Shown piece after piece: positions 1-12,600 of a stretch of DNA of 56,565 nt. Within the stretch, counting starts at the first letter, position 1, and every line of letters begins with the position of its first letter. The stretch covers positions 5,780,697 through 5,837,261 of the forward strand of contig NC_069001.1 in NCBI RefSeq assembly GCF_001194135.2, in the 5' to 3' direction. Both the position numbers and the translations under genes were made by a program. The notes under the pieces are model-generated. The model made no database searches and had not been told where the DNA came from. It saw nothing but the letters and a program-made list of their open reading frames with translations. The DNA is from Octopus bimaculoides (lineage: Eukaryota).

Positions 1-399
1 CGGCTTTATAGAAAATATTGTGTTTTCATTGGTAAAATCAATGCCTCAAATAATTCAGGCCGTCATGAAAACTCAAGACAGAGATAATCTCCCTCCCTAC
101 CAACCAGCATGGAATGACTTTCCTATCTTCTTTCTCTCGAGCATCGAACGATTCCATAAATTTTCTTCAACGTTAAGTGTTTCCATAGCTTTTGCTTGAC
201 TTAATCTGGAGAAAAATGTGCAATTAATTAAAACAATTAGCTCTAATTTATTTCAGGTATGTTACACAAAGCCTAAATGTGTTCCGCTTTTAAAGGAAAT
301 TTGTTTTGTGTGATGTCTGTGATTTGTTTGTCACGAAGTAAAGCAAAGCAATCCATCTTTATCTTCCGCCGAATTTTCCTGGGAGGTTCGTGGGGGTGG

Positions 400-3300
400 G
401 GATGAGTAGGGGTGGAGTCTTCAGACGCCTCTTTCAGAGGGTCGTATCAGAAACAACGTTTATTACACTTTCAGGTTGGATTCTCAAGCGTGATCAACCT
501 GAGACTATAGGCATTATCCCCACCATTTTGTTCCTGGTCTACCCTGAAGTCTCCTGTCGGTTGACTTGGCTTGAAGAATTTGTCTCGCGATTTTTTCCTG
601 CCACAAAACAAAACAAAGAAAAAAAAACGAAATAAAAAGCTAGACGAACATCCTCCATGTGTGTTGATTCCATGATTTTTACCGAGATTGGATCCAACAA
701 CAGAAATATAATGGATCATCTTCAAAATGGATAGCATTATGTCCGGTTTTAGCAACAATATCAGTTCCCATTGGAAAGTAAAACCATGGTGATATTTTGG
801 GATGGCCGCTGTGGATATCTTCCACGGAAGCGTGATATAAATGACATTTTGGGTCGGATTTTGCAGGTTCCGTATTTCATTGTCTCTTTTGTTCAACAGG
901 TAGTTTGTAGTTATCTCCTGCTTTACGATTATAAAACCATAACCTTTAAAATGTGATGTAATGCAGCATTCACGAGTCCAAGATAAGATACACTTTCTGT
1001 CAATAACACCACCATCCTGAAGGTCACGGGAAGAACTGATGCATACATATAAGGAGGAATTCCTTGTTAGCGGATTATACCGGAGTAACAGGATAAAGAA
1101 AAGCTTTGCACAAAGATATAACGAGCCGCCTAATTCGAGAATCGAAGCTACGACCAAATAATCGTTAACCCAGCACCCCAACCAAGACGTCATACGCCTA
1201 CACACACACACCGCTTCTTGGTAGATGACCCGAAAATATTTCCCAAAGGCATGAAAGGTCTAAAGAAGGAAGAGCCTTTTCAAACGATATAGAGCATAAC
1301 AGTCTTTGATTACTCTTTCTTTGTCCACAGCACCTTTCTAGGGTGTAATTTTGCCAATAACCTACGTATTAGCATCATTGAGTGGAGCAAAGGGGATAGT
1401 AAAATTATTGATGTAGAGATTTTTGGTTTGGGAAACAATTATTCCGCATTCAACTGTCAAATATAATAATTTCTTTTGGCCAAATTCCATCCTTGTGTCA
1501 GTTTAAAATGTTACCAAAGTCAGATGCTTCTCAGCATTGTAAATATTTCTAGTATAGATCTTTTAATCGTTCTCAAAGAACTTGTAGGTTACATTGACGT
1601 TTGGTGTCTTGTTCTGCTGTGGGCCCTAACATACATCCAGTGGAGCTTTGTAAAAGAAAGCCCAGTAAATATAGTGGCAAAATAAATACAAGCACAGACA
1701 GATTGTCTTCCTGGAATATTCCCTATGAAATATTTATAACATCGCAAGTAATCATTGTGATTTCAATTACAAGAGTGAAGGTTGTAGACCAAGTGTCTCT
1801 GAGCTTTTTAGTGACAGCAACTAAGGCAGCAAATATTTTTGTTAGCTGCAGTAATTTCAGCAACCATGGATGAGGGAATAGAATCAAATACCTTTCTATT
1901 ACTAAGTCATATTGTCACACGTTTTATGCGATCTTTTCTTATTTCAGATAGTAGTTTTATCTGGAATTTGGGAGTCGCTCTGATAGATAAAACGACAGTC
2001 TGAAATATGAAAACATGTCCTCCGTCTCCCGCTAGAAGTTCTTCAGAGAAGAAACCCATGCAGGCAAGTGTTTCAGCCCTTAACTTCTTACATTTAAAGG
2101 GGGCCGAACTGCATTGAGGTCATGACTCCTGGATACCTTTCTGCTGACATTTTTTAGCTCCTTGGACATTGGAAACTCGTGCTGTTAAACCACTTGGACC
2201 TTTCATCTGGTTGTAACTCCTTTCTGTCGACTCAGCATTCAAACTTAAAAAAGAAAGAACGTTGGTCGTCATGATAGCGGTGATAATGGTCCGGTAAAAC
2301 GGTTAATCAGTCGTCTTTGGAACCAGTATCGAAACACTAGGTCACTTCGTAGTACAAGAGAAGTTGTAGTGTTGATGCTTGTACAATATTTTTCTTCGGT
2401 GGATTTAACAATGATGCATTCTAATTAAAATCTTTCCTTTCATTCTTGATCTTAGACCAAAATTATTTCAGATCTTCCCGAGAAGCCGCTCGTATTTACA
2501 AATATGCTTTTCTTCATTTACACATCTTGTAGATATGAAAAAAAAACTTGTGGTTAACGCTGGTTCGCTGAAATTTCTTATGATGACCATACACTTCGCT
2601 CAGCGGGTTGAGTTCATCTCAAGAGTTTAATACGTAAAATCAGCGTAGATTTTAGTCAATTTTACATTTCATGACGCCGTTTAAATCGAGATATTTGCGA
2701 TAAATGTTACGCATGTTTTCTTGCAGTTTTTGTCTTCTTTCGGTTTATTTATGTCGAACAATTTCATTACCACGTGCTCAGCAGGTTTCTTCAAGGTGTC
2801 CTCCGAAGTGTTGGCACATATTTCACCGTAGTTTCCAGCAATATCATAAATAACTTTCAGCATGAAAATCACAGGTCTTTTTCCCTCTCCTCTTGTCAAA
2901 AATGGCCTGTTATGCAAGATCGTCTTACAGATATTGGAAAAAAAATTATTTTCAAACTGATTTTAAATTGTTTTTAAGCTGTGTATATTCTTAACTCATC
3001 TCTGTCGGAATAGATTCATACGGAGATATATTTGGAGTTCACAGATGGTGACGACGATGATGGCAACGGCGGCGACATCGTCGACAACGACGACGATAAT
3101 GATGGCGGCATCAGTTTACATTTTTATCGCTCTCTTCTATTACAGCAGCCTTTGGCTGATTTGGAAAGTCTCCAGAAAATCGTCTGCCATCACAGGAGTT
3201 GTAATAACAATTGCTATCTGTGACAAACATTTTCGAGCGAAGAGCGATGCTTGTTGTCGAAAGTGTTTGGTTTGTGGTTTAAGTGTGTTGAAGATTCGTC

Positions 3301-3495
3301 CCAGCGATTCATTAATCTCTTCATGTATCCGAGAGAAAAATTATTTTTACGGTCCATTTGAGAGCAGCGGAGTAGATTTTGATTTAAATGGAAAACGCAA
3401 GTGAAGTGAGAAGAATAGTTGCGCTGTGTTGGACACTTCACTGACGTCGGGGTAGGTTTAGCATTGGTTGTGGTTGTGGTGTCATTGACAGACAT
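400..3495 (-). mobile_element. Near full-length decayed R4/Dong-clade non-LTR retrotransposon (single ORF: RT, CCHC knuckle, C-terminal region)
   Basis: Manual minus-strand translation across frameshifts, in colinear order: ATG at 3495, then GYMKRLMNRWDE (N-term); RKVFDSIP/HPWLLKLLQL (RT domain 3); GIFQEDNLSVLVFIL (~1700, GIFQGDSLS motif); FFEND*KIY (~1570, FxDDLKLY); TDTRMEFGQKK; ITSHFKGYGFIIVKQEITT (~950); KCHLYHASVEDIHSGHPKISPWFYFPM (decayed CCHC region). Many stops and frameshifts. Confidence 0.85.
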
Positions 3496-3674
3496 GATTG
3501 TAATTGTGAAATCCTATTCGATGACAAGTATTTTCTGATATCCGTTCTGAATAACATTAAACAGGAGAGGGAAAGATGTTTCTAGCTTTTATAACAGAAA
3601 TAAAAACCAGTTTCGGTAGAGAGATACATTCGAATACCTTTTAACCTGTTTTTTTACGTTTTCTCGATTCGTTA

Positions 3675-3804
3675 TTTTCCAACCAAATGGTCCCGGGTTC
3701 AGTCTCACTGAGTTGCACATCGGGCAAGTGTCTTCTACTGTAGCCTCGGGTCAACACTGTGTTGATTTTAGGGACAGACACTGGAAAGAAGCCCAAGCCT
3801 GTTG

Positions 3805-3848
<44 letters not shown>

Positions 3849-4260
3849 NNNNNNNNNNNNNNNNNNNNNNNNNNNNNNNNNNNNNNNNNNNNNNNNNNNN
3901 NNNNNNNNNNNNNNNNNNNNNNNNNNNNNNNNNNNNNNNNNNNNNNNNNNNNNNNNNNNNNNNNNNNNNNNNNNNNNNNNNNNNNNNNNNNNNNNNNNNN
4001 NNNNNNNNNNNNNNNNNNNNNNNNNNNNNNNNNNNNTATATATATATATATATATATATGTCCTTGTGTCTGTGATCGTCCCCCCACTAACTCTTGTCAA
4101 CCAGTGCTGGTGTGTTTATATCCCCGTAACTTAGCGGCTCGGCAAAAAAAATCGAATAAGTATCAGGCATTAAAAGAATATGTAAAGGGGTTGATTCAAT
4201 CGACTAAAATTCTTCAAGGTCGTGCTCCAGCATGGCTGCAGACTAATGACTGAAACAAGA
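3675..4260 (+). mobile_element. tRNA-derived SINE family D with internal microsatellite (N-gap inside it)
   Basis: Head CCAACCAAATGGTCCCGGGTTCAGTCTCACTG...GGGCAAGTGTCTTCTACTGTAGCC, central (TG)/(TA), tail ...CCAGCATGGCTGCAGACTAATGACTGAAACAAG; similar to copies at 13650, 17430, 38385 and 54085. Confidence 0.85.
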
Positions 4261-4449
4261 TATATATAAATTTTGATTTCGTCATAAGAATTTAAAAGCT
4301 TCGAGAGAACGTGAAATAATTCGTTTTAAGCGTGGAGATCGAAGTAAACAAAGTTATAAATAACAGCCGGTAAATATTGAGTGCAAAATTCTTTCGTGAA
4401 CAGCTTTCGAATTTTTTCGAAATGCTACAGTTTCTGTTTTTCATATTCC

Positions 4450-4563
4450 ACCCACAAAGAACTGGTCAATCCGAAGCTACAATCATTCAATTTGCTGCAC
4501 GTAGTGGGATTGAACCCGGAACCATGTGGTTGGAAAGCAAGCTTCTTACTACACAGCCACGCC
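4450..4563 (-). mobile_element. SINE family D head fragment
   Basis: GGGATTGAACCCGGAACCATGTGGTTGGAAAGCAAGCTTCTTACTACACAGCCACGCC is the reverse complement of the D head, with A/B-box-like motifs. Confidence 0.8.
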
Positions 4564-4914
4564 AATTTCAAAACATTTTCTTATACTTGCTATTCTTACT
4601 AATGACATTGGATATAATTTTAGCAACAACGTTATTCCGTGAAGGAAGATAAACCCTTGGTATTTTGAACCATTTACTGATCGCATGTGTAATAGCTTCC
4701 GCAGCAATGTCACATAATTGGCATTCTCTGACTGTAGCCTCGGTGTTTAACGGTTTCGCTGTCTTCTTTATACAACAAGTATTTCGTTGCTATTTTCTGC
4801 TCTTCCATACAAAGAATAACCTTAAAAGTGTGACGTGATGTGACAGTCAAACAGTCGGATGTGAGTGTGCGCACGCTTACAAGCATACATACATACATAT
4901 AAGTATGTTTGCTT

Positions 4915-5140
4915 TTCTTGCATGGCTCAGAGGTTACAGCATCGGGCTAACAATCACGAAGTAGTGAGCTTGATTCCCAGACCGGGCTTTGCGTTATGTC
5001 CTTGAGCAAGACACTTTATTTCACGTTGCTCCAGTTCACTCAGCTGTAGAAATGAGTTGCGACGTCATTGGTGCCAAGCTGTATCGACCCATTTGCCTTT
5101 CTGTTGAATTACATCAGTGGTGTGAAGGAAGGATGGATAT
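4915..5140 (+). mobile_element. CORE-type tRNA SINE (family C)
   Basis: tRNA-like head followed by TGTCCTTGAGCAAGACACTTTATTTCACGTTGCTCCAGTTCACTCAGCTGTAGAAATGAG, which resembles the CORE domain and is shared with about 9 other copies here. Confidence 0.8.
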
Positions 5141-5786
5141 GCATGGTCGGCTGCTGGTTATATATATATATATATATACTCTCCCACATACATTAGGTGT
5201 AATAACGTACAGGTTAAATCTCCGAAATGTTTTACATACTTGCACTGTTCCATTGATGGCCAATAACTAATCTTACACACATATATATATATACACACAC
5301 ACACACATACATATGCAGAAATGTCTGTCTTTCTCTACATATATATATATATATGTGTGTACGGTTAACATATGTAGATATATTTATATATATATCATGG
5401 ACGCTTATATATTTGCATGCATACTAAGTTGGTGGTGGTGGGGAGGGGCTCTAAGCGATGTTGTCAACAAATACATCGGACTATTTTTTTTATTAATTTT
5501 CTTTTTTTTTTTTCCAATAAATTTCTGAAAATTTTAATGTAGCTTCTCAACTTTTAATGGTTTTTTTTTTTCGCATTGGCTTTGTAAATCTGCATACAAC
5601 GGAATGTTAAAAGATAATGAAAATACATTTTTATTAAACACATAGTCGTAATGTAAACATATTTTCTTAATGTAAAACTAACATGAAATTTTAAAATTAC
5701 AACAGTGACTTACCATAAAAACATAAGTGAGAACCAAATAAAAACAACGTTGTTTTTTTTCTTTTATTCTCTTCTATTGTCTGTCT

Positions 5787-5864
5787 GTCACGTGACATGG
5801 CGTTCTATTTATTCCAGTTTGTCATGTGTTGCAGCGTAACTGACGTTCAATACACCGCCATTTT
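5787..5864. promoter_or_regulatory. Candidate promoter/enhancer motif cluster
   Basis: Palindromic E-box GTCACGTGAC (5787-5796), ACATGGCG (5795-5802), TGACGT (5841-5846) and YY1-type CCGCCATTTT (5855-5864) within 80 bp of non-repeat sequence. Confidence 0.3.
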
Positions 5865-6132
5865 CTCTCGTCAATCACATCTTGCTCACTTCCTCCCTCT
5901 CTCATTTCCCCCACTTCTACTTTCACCCTTTCTTTGATTAATTAAATCACCCCCCACCTGACTCAAACTCTCACTATTAGATTCCTTTACACCTCTTGCT
6001 GTTATGTATTCATTTTGGTTTCAGGATGCAGCATGTGCACAGCCGACAACGCAAAACTACGAGCTCGTGTGATTTTATATGTTATGATACAGGCCGACAC
6101 GCACGTTCATAACGTTATGCATATAGGAATAT

Positions 6133-6174
<42 letters not shown>

Positions 6175-6176
<2 letters not shown>

Positions 6177-6540
6177 CTTTGTTGGCACTCCGTCGCTTAT
6201 AACGTTGAGGGTTCCAGTTGATCCGATCAACGGAACAGCCTGCTCGTGAAATTAACGTGCAAGTGGCTGAGCACTCCACAGACACATGTACCCTTAACGT
6301 AGTTCTCGGAGATATTCAGCGTGAAACAGAGTGTGACAAGGCTGACCCTTTGAATTACAGGCGCAACAGAAACAGGAAGAAAGAGTGAGAGAAAGTTGTN
6401 NNNNNNNNNNNNNNNNNNNNNNNNGAGCTTTTAGGTGTTTTCGCTCAATAAACACTCACAACGTCTGGTCTGGGAATCGAAACCGCGATCCTATGACCGC
6501 GAGTCCGCTGCCCTAACCACAGAGCCATTGCGCCTCCACA
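6175..6540 (-). mobile_element. tRNA SINE with family-C 3' tail and a variant head
   Basis: Head (minus) GGAGGCGCAATGGCTCTGTGGTTAGGGCAGCGGACTCGCGG...TTCGATTCCCAG; tail GATCCGATCAACGGAACAGCCTGCTCGTGAAATTAACGTGCAAGTGGCTGAGCACTCCACAGAC matches 9620-9700 and 17130-17250; small N-gap inside. Confidence 0.85.
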
Positions 6541-6564
6541 CATACATACATACAGACAGAGTAA

Positions 6565-6862
6565 ATACCTCCTTCGGTCATGAATGACCATGGGATTGCA
6601 CCTATAAAGTTCCCCTCCGAGGCACAATCCGGGCAAGGTTGTTTATGGAAGACCAACAGTCACCCATGCATACCAGCCTCCACTCTTCACGCTGTCGATG
6701 TGAGCAATGTAAAATAAAGTGAGCAATGTAAAATAAAGTGAGCAATGTAAAATAAAGTGAGCAATGTAAAATAAAGTATCTTGCTCAAGAACACAAGACA
6801 CAATCGAACTCGCTACCTCATGATTGTGAGCCGGACGTTCTAACCACTGAGTTACATGCCTT
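6565..6862 (-). mobile_element. CORE-type SINE (family C, second tail type) with internal tandem amplification
   Basis: Tail AAAGTTCCCCTCCGAGGCACAA...GCAAGGTTGTTTATGG matches 42567-42610; head ...CTTGCTCAAGAACAC...TCTAACCACTGAG. Confidence 0.8.
6700..6775. repeat. Perfect 19-bp tandem repeat x4
   Basis: GTGAGCAATGTAAAATAAA at 6700, 6719, 6738 and 6757. Confidence 0.95.
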
Positions 6863-7035
6863 CATATATACATGCATACATGCATATCTGTACATACATA
6901 CACACATGCATATATACGTACATATTCAAGCATATAAACAGGCACACACAGACAGACATGCATTCATGTATATGTGTGTGTGTGTATATATAAATATATG
7001 TATATACACAGACATATGCATGAATGCATACACTA

Positions 7036-7070
<35 letters not shown>

Positions 7071-7499
7071 CATGCATACATGCACGCATATATATATGTA
7101 TATGCACAGATCTGCCTATATATGTACACACACATGCATATATATAGCATTGGAACGAGTTTAATGTTAGCTTAATCAGTTACTAAAACTCCTGTAAATT
7201 AACATTTTAATACAATTCACTATACAGCAATAATTGTTCTAATTACCAATTATATATGAAGATCACGTAATGAGTAGTTGATGACTTGTGAATAAAATTA
7301 TCTTTTCCTTAAAATTTCGGATCGAAATAATCGGTAGACGTGGTTGGAAACTGTCATTTGCTGCCGTTTCTTCTTTACACACCGGCAGGATATTTTGATT
7401 TTTAATCTAGCAGGAATTGTTAAGATATTATTCATAGGAATATTTCGTGGGTCTAGAGAGAATCTAGGTATTATGTACGTATTTCCTTGTGACATGCTC

Positions 7500-7850
7500 T
7501 TTTCAATAGGACATATCTCTATTCACGAGACCTATTTCTTCCAGTATGGCATATCTATTCATATCAATGTGATGCGTCTCATTTCTTATGATGTATTTCT
7601 ATTAATATAACGCGTCTCATTCCTTATGACGTATCTTTATCGATATGATGTATCTCATTCCCTACGACATGTCTATCAATATAATGTGCCTCATTACCGA
7701 CAACGCTTCTCTAAAAATATGACATCTCATTCACCACGATGCATTCCTGCCAGTATCTTGTGCCTCATTCCATGAGATGCATCTTTATCGATATAATACA
7801 TCTCATTCTTTATGACGTATCTCTACCAATATGATATGTCCTATACACTA
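7500..7850. repeat. Degenerate ~38-bp minisatellite
   Basis: (T/C)CTCAT anchor at about 7577, 7615, 7653, 7689, 7725, 7763 and 7801; unit resembles TCTCATTCCTTATGACGTATCTTTATCGATATGATGTA. Confidence 0.85.
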
Positions 7851-7899
7851 TGACACTATGTTGGATTTCTTAATGAGGATGTCGAGGAATAAAAGTCGT

Positions 7900-7975
7900 A
7901 AATTGCATCGACCCCAGTGTTCCACTGGTACTTATTTCATCGCCCCCCAAAAGGATGAAAGACACAGTCGACAAT
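7900..7975 (-). mobile_element. SINE family A central fragment
   Basis: GCATCGACCCCAGTGTTCCACTGGTACTTATTTCATCG...AAAGGATGAAAG..AGTCGAC matches the reverse complement of the copy at 33106-33320. Confidence 0.75.
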
Positions 7976-8126
7976 AATAATAAACAGGGGTGTATGTACA
8001 AAAAGTTAATAGAAATTATGAAAGGATATAGTAGCATTTAAAGGGCCAGATTATATTGCCGTGAAGGTTAAGGGATTCCGTCAAGAAATAATAAATGCAG
8101 AGACAGAAACGCAATAACAAATATAA

Positions 8127-8159
<33 letters not shown>

Positions 8160-8229
8160 GGTAGTAGTGACATATGTTGACTATAGACTATAAAATGAAA
8201 GGTAGCAAGTTTCTTTGCTTTTCCCCCTT

Positions 8230-9180
8230 CTTGGTCTGTAGAATGTTTTGGTGTGATAGGTAAGCAGTACTGATGTTGTAAGAAAGTTGGAATGTTGTAT
8301 AAGATACATAATATAGTTTGTGGCTTAAGAAATAGATAGTGTTGAAGACTGTGCTTATGTTTACAATGATATCTTTCGTATCTTTTGCCTTGTGTGGTAT
8401 ATACCTGTTATCATTTAGTTAACCTATGCGTGAGTGTGTGTGTAGATACATACATACATACATGTATGTATGTGTGTGTGTATTAGTTGGTAATAGATGA
8501 TGTTGCGTTTCGTTTTTCTCTTTGTGGTATTGGTAAAATCAAGCTGTTTGTACAGGACAAAGATAAGACTAAATTCTTTGTTCACTGTGCATAGGTTTAG
8601 GTGAACCAGGAATTTAAAAGTGTGAGGTATTGATAAATTAGACAAAAGAAATGGTGTCGAATAGCGGGGATTGAATTAGCACATAAAGAAGCGATGACAG
8701 AGGTAAGAACTGAAGACTATAAATACATGGGTACAATAGATTGAAATAATACAGGACAAAGAAAAGTGTAACGAAAGAAATATCTAGAAAGGAACATTAC
8801 ATGAGGTTGAACCAAGTGCTTAAATCTAAGCTGGATAGGAAAAATGTATCTCTAGGTATTAAGATGTTTTGATGTACAGCTGAGGAGTTTTGAAGAAGAA
8901 CATGTGAAGTTGGATAATAGAATAAGCGACAATAGACTCGATAAACAATATGGAGTATAAGATATACCAATTGGATGGATATACGTTCTCTATAACAAAA
9001 AGGAAGTGTATTGATTAGTTCTGTGGAGAGTTTATGGTGTAGAAAAATGTGATGAATAAAGTGTGTAGATTGGTGTGTAAGAAATAGTTTAGAACCTCCG
9101 ACTGAAAAGGAGGTAAAATAAGCGGCAATAGAAAAAAAAATATCATAATTTGTAACACTTGAATAATTCAAGAGAAGCCA
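8230..9180 (+). mobile_element. Decayed R4/Dong-clade LINE RT fragment
   Basis: Plus-strand translation: IKLFVQDKDK / SLFTVHRF (LKLYAKNE..SLIQTVRIF-like), GIELAHKE..TEDYKYMG (YKYMG 8718-8732), RLNQVLKSKL (8804-8833); stops and frameshifts. Confidence 0.7.
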
Positions 9181-9594
9181 TATTGAAAATATTGGCGTAT
9201 ATATATATATATATTTGGAAGATTTTTTTTAGCAAAATAAATGTTTTGATATGGTAAAATTCCTGTAATAAAATTAGATCTAAAGGCTAAAAATGAAACA
9301 TACTGATCGCTTATAGCAGAAAAATTGACTCGTAAAACATACTACATATCATTGTATTAGGTTTCAAGTTGTTATTGTAGTTGATGTTGTTGTGTAGCCC
9401 TAGGCTAGACATGATCCAATCGACGTATAACATTTAGGCAATCTCCTGCATTATTTAGGCTCTGGATATATCTTAACTTCCGCCTATTTCGGATTCACCC
9501 TACATATTCTGATTCACATTCGTTAGTTGTAGATATCCATGACCATCTGTTAATGTTAGACCGACGTTCTTGTCTTGACAACATTATTTCTAAA

Positions 9595-9925
9595 CTGGTA
9601 CTCCGTCGGTTTCGACGACGAGTTTTCCAGCTGATCCGATCAATGAAACAGCCTACACGTGAAATTAACGTGCAAGTGGCTGAACATTCCACAGACAGAT
9701 ACCCGTACCCTTAACGTAATTTTCAGAAGGATTCAGCGTGATACAGATTGTAACAAGGCTGACCCTTTGAAATCCAGGTACTTCACATTTTGGCCAGCTA
9801 AGGGCACTGAGGCGATGTGAAATAAAGTGTCTTACTCAAGGACACAACGTGTGCACTGCTGGGAATCGAACTCATGACCTACACATCGTAAGCCGAATAC
9901 CGTAACCCCTAAGCCACGTGCCTCC
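9595..9925 (-). mobile_element. CORE-type SINE (family C), near full length
   Basis: Reverse complement of the head-CORE-tail arrangement seen at 16925-17252. Confidence 0.85.
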
Positions 9926-10836
9926 AAATCATCTAACATTATGTTCACAACTGAGTTATCTAATATATTCGTTTATTCTAAAAACGTTTAGGGTGATTTG
10001 CTGTTGTTTCTAGCATGCCAAGCGATTCTTTGCCAGCTTCTTCCTTCTGAACACCGTAAGTTCCTTGTAGATAAGATCTGTGTCTCCAGAAGAAGTTCCG
10101 AAATGAAAGAAAGGTGAAAGTGCAGCACATTTTTTCCAGGAGAATGAAGTAAATTGTCTCAGAACTTCCGTGAGAAACGATATAATATGGCGCAGATTGT
10201 ACACTGTAAATTGTGTGATATGAACCATATGATACAAACCACAGACTTGCAGTAGTTGCAGAGTTGAAAGGCGGTAAAATGCTTTGGTGTTTCAGTATTG
10301 TATGAGAGAGAGAGAGATGGAGTGAGGAGGGAAAGGTTGACAAAATTTTTCTGAGAAAAAAATTCTAAACTTTCTACTGCCCACTTGTTTTTATGTATGT
10401 ATGTATGTATGTATGTATGTATACAGGTTTGGTGATGCAAAGAGGAAAAATACAACTCAAAACAAGAGTGAGTGAATATTTATATATATATATATATATA
10501 TATATNNNNNNNNNNNNNNNNNNNNNNNNNNNNNNNNNNNNNNNNNNNNNNNNNNNNNNNNNNNNNNNNNNNNNTGACACTTCTGTTTGATAATTGCTAA
10601 CGCACGAAACTCTCGGCTCTTGAGTCACTCTGAATCTTCCATTAGATATCAATAAATCACATATATATATATGTGTGTGTGTGTGTATGCAATGCACAAT
10701 ATATAGAATTATGTAATCCAGTGGTCATCACAAATGCGCTCCTTTTACTGGGCCCAGCTACAAACCACATTACAACGAAACGGCTGTCACCCTATAGATA
10801 TCAACTGAAATAAACATATTCATTCTGACACACACA

Positions 10837-10894
<58 letters not shown>

Positions 10895-10895
<1 letters not shown>

Positions 10896-10972
10896 ATAGT
10901 GATACCTCGCAGTACGAGTTTAATTCCTTCCATCACCGAGCTCGTCTTATGATTTACTCGTTTTACAAACAT
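10895..10972 (+). mobile_element. pogo/Tigger-like MITE left end
   Basis: TA+(C>T)AGTGATACCTCGCAGTACGAGTTTAATTCC: TA-CAGT-type terminus; no partner end seen. Confidence 0.45.
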
Positions 10973-11041
10973 ACACAGATAAATATACATACATACATAC
11001 ATACATACATACATACATACACATACATACATACACACATA

Positions 11042-11325
11042 CAGGCACGTGACCAGGTGGTTAAGGTGTCACAATCATGATCGCAAGATCGTGATTTCGA
11101 TTCCCAGGCCCCGGTAATACGTTCTGTTCTTGAGCAAAACACTTCATTTCACGTTGCCCGCCCCACCAATCCAGCTAGCTGTGAATGCGTCAGACTGGCG
11201 TAACGTTCGGGGTAGGTGTCGTCCTGCTCACCAAGCCAGTGGGTTAGCATCAATCGAACGCTACTACAGCAATGAAAGGAAGGGCATTGTGATCAGCGGT
11301 GTATAACATCCGATAGCCTAGTAGA
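11042..11325 (+). mobile_element. CORE-type SINE (family C, third tail type)
   Basis: tRNA head plus TGTTCTTGAGCAAAACACTTCATTTCACGTTGC; tail GCATTGTGA..AG.GGTGTATAACA similar to 18240-18265. Confidence 0.75.
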
Positions 11326-12144
11326 TACAATGACATATACACACTTACATTCATCATCTGTGTGGAATAGTGAAAGACTGACCGTGACCATCACTACAGA
11401 GAGATCAATTATTTACCATTCAGTAACAGAATAATTGTGACTACCACTGTAAAGTGGAACGGCAAAAATCACATTCAGATTCATTCATTAAAATATAAGT
11501 TTTATAGAAATGAAAATAGTACAAAATCTATGTGAAATACAGTAGAATTTGTTTCTATGGTAACAAGCAAAAAAAAAAAAGTAAAATTTGCAGAATGGAA
11601 GACAATAATAGTAAATGGAGTGTGTGGGGGTGGGGTGGGTAGGGAGGACGAGTGGGCAGCATGGGAACAACAACAACAACAGAAATATGACGACCACTGC
11701 TAACAGTCTTCAACAACAACAACAACAATAATAATAATAACTGCTGCAGCCAAGAATAACAACAGACAGAAAAAAAAACATAGCTAGCTAAAACAACGAG
11801 TACTACAATAAAGACTGTAAAGATAACAACAACAACAACAACAACAACAACAATAGTATGACAACAACAGCAACAACAACACCAGCAACAATAGGTGTCA
11901 GACATGTAACACTGCCCGCAGCAATAACTAGAATAATCACAGATAAACAAACAGCAGTAACTACTACTACAACTACTACTATTACTACTACTACTATTGT
12001 AACAACTGACACATAGTGATGGTAGTAGTAATAGTAGTAGTGGTGGTTCTAACGCAACCGTGTAAGAGAGAGATTTCAAAAGCCTCTTTTGATGGAGAAT
12101 TTGTTAATTCCAATCAAAACATCTGTAATTTGTTTGAAGTACAT

Positions 12145-12600
12145 TAAAACCACATGTTGTACGCCACCTGCATTCACCACCAAACGCTTTTAATCACACC
12201 GCTCTTCCTATACTACCACATTGTACAGCATCTATACTACCACATGTATAGCATACCAATACATTTGCCACCACGTTGTTGACCTTTATCACCACATGTG
12301 CTTATACAGACCCAACCTGTACCTCCATGTGTAACACCTGATATCTGCCTATGGCTAACGCATATAGCGCTCCATCTGTGATGCATCACCTGCTTATATC
12401 ACATGTTGTACACCACCTGCCTATATTACCACGTGTCGTACTACTTGCCTGTAAAATCACATGTAGCACATCACCTGTTTATACCACCACATTTGGCCTG
12501 GCCTATCCTATACCACCACACGTAACCCACCCCCTGCTTATACCGACCACATGTGGTTCACTACATTATACTATCACACGTTCCAGGCAACCTACCCATC
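12145..12600. repeat. Degenerate ~28-30-bp minisatellite
   Basis: Recurrent ACCACATG / CACCTGC(C/T)TATA motifs, e.g. about 12399, 12427, 12455, 12487, 12515 and 12547. Confidence 0.75.

Noticed and set aside
471-1211. 246-aa ORF as a host gene
   Set aside because: Partly in frame with the LINE C-terminal region (ITSHFKGY...), otherwise out of frame; part of a transposon fossil.
6700-6775. CRISPR-like array
   Set aside because: Contiguous tandem units with no spacers, in a eukaryotic SINE.
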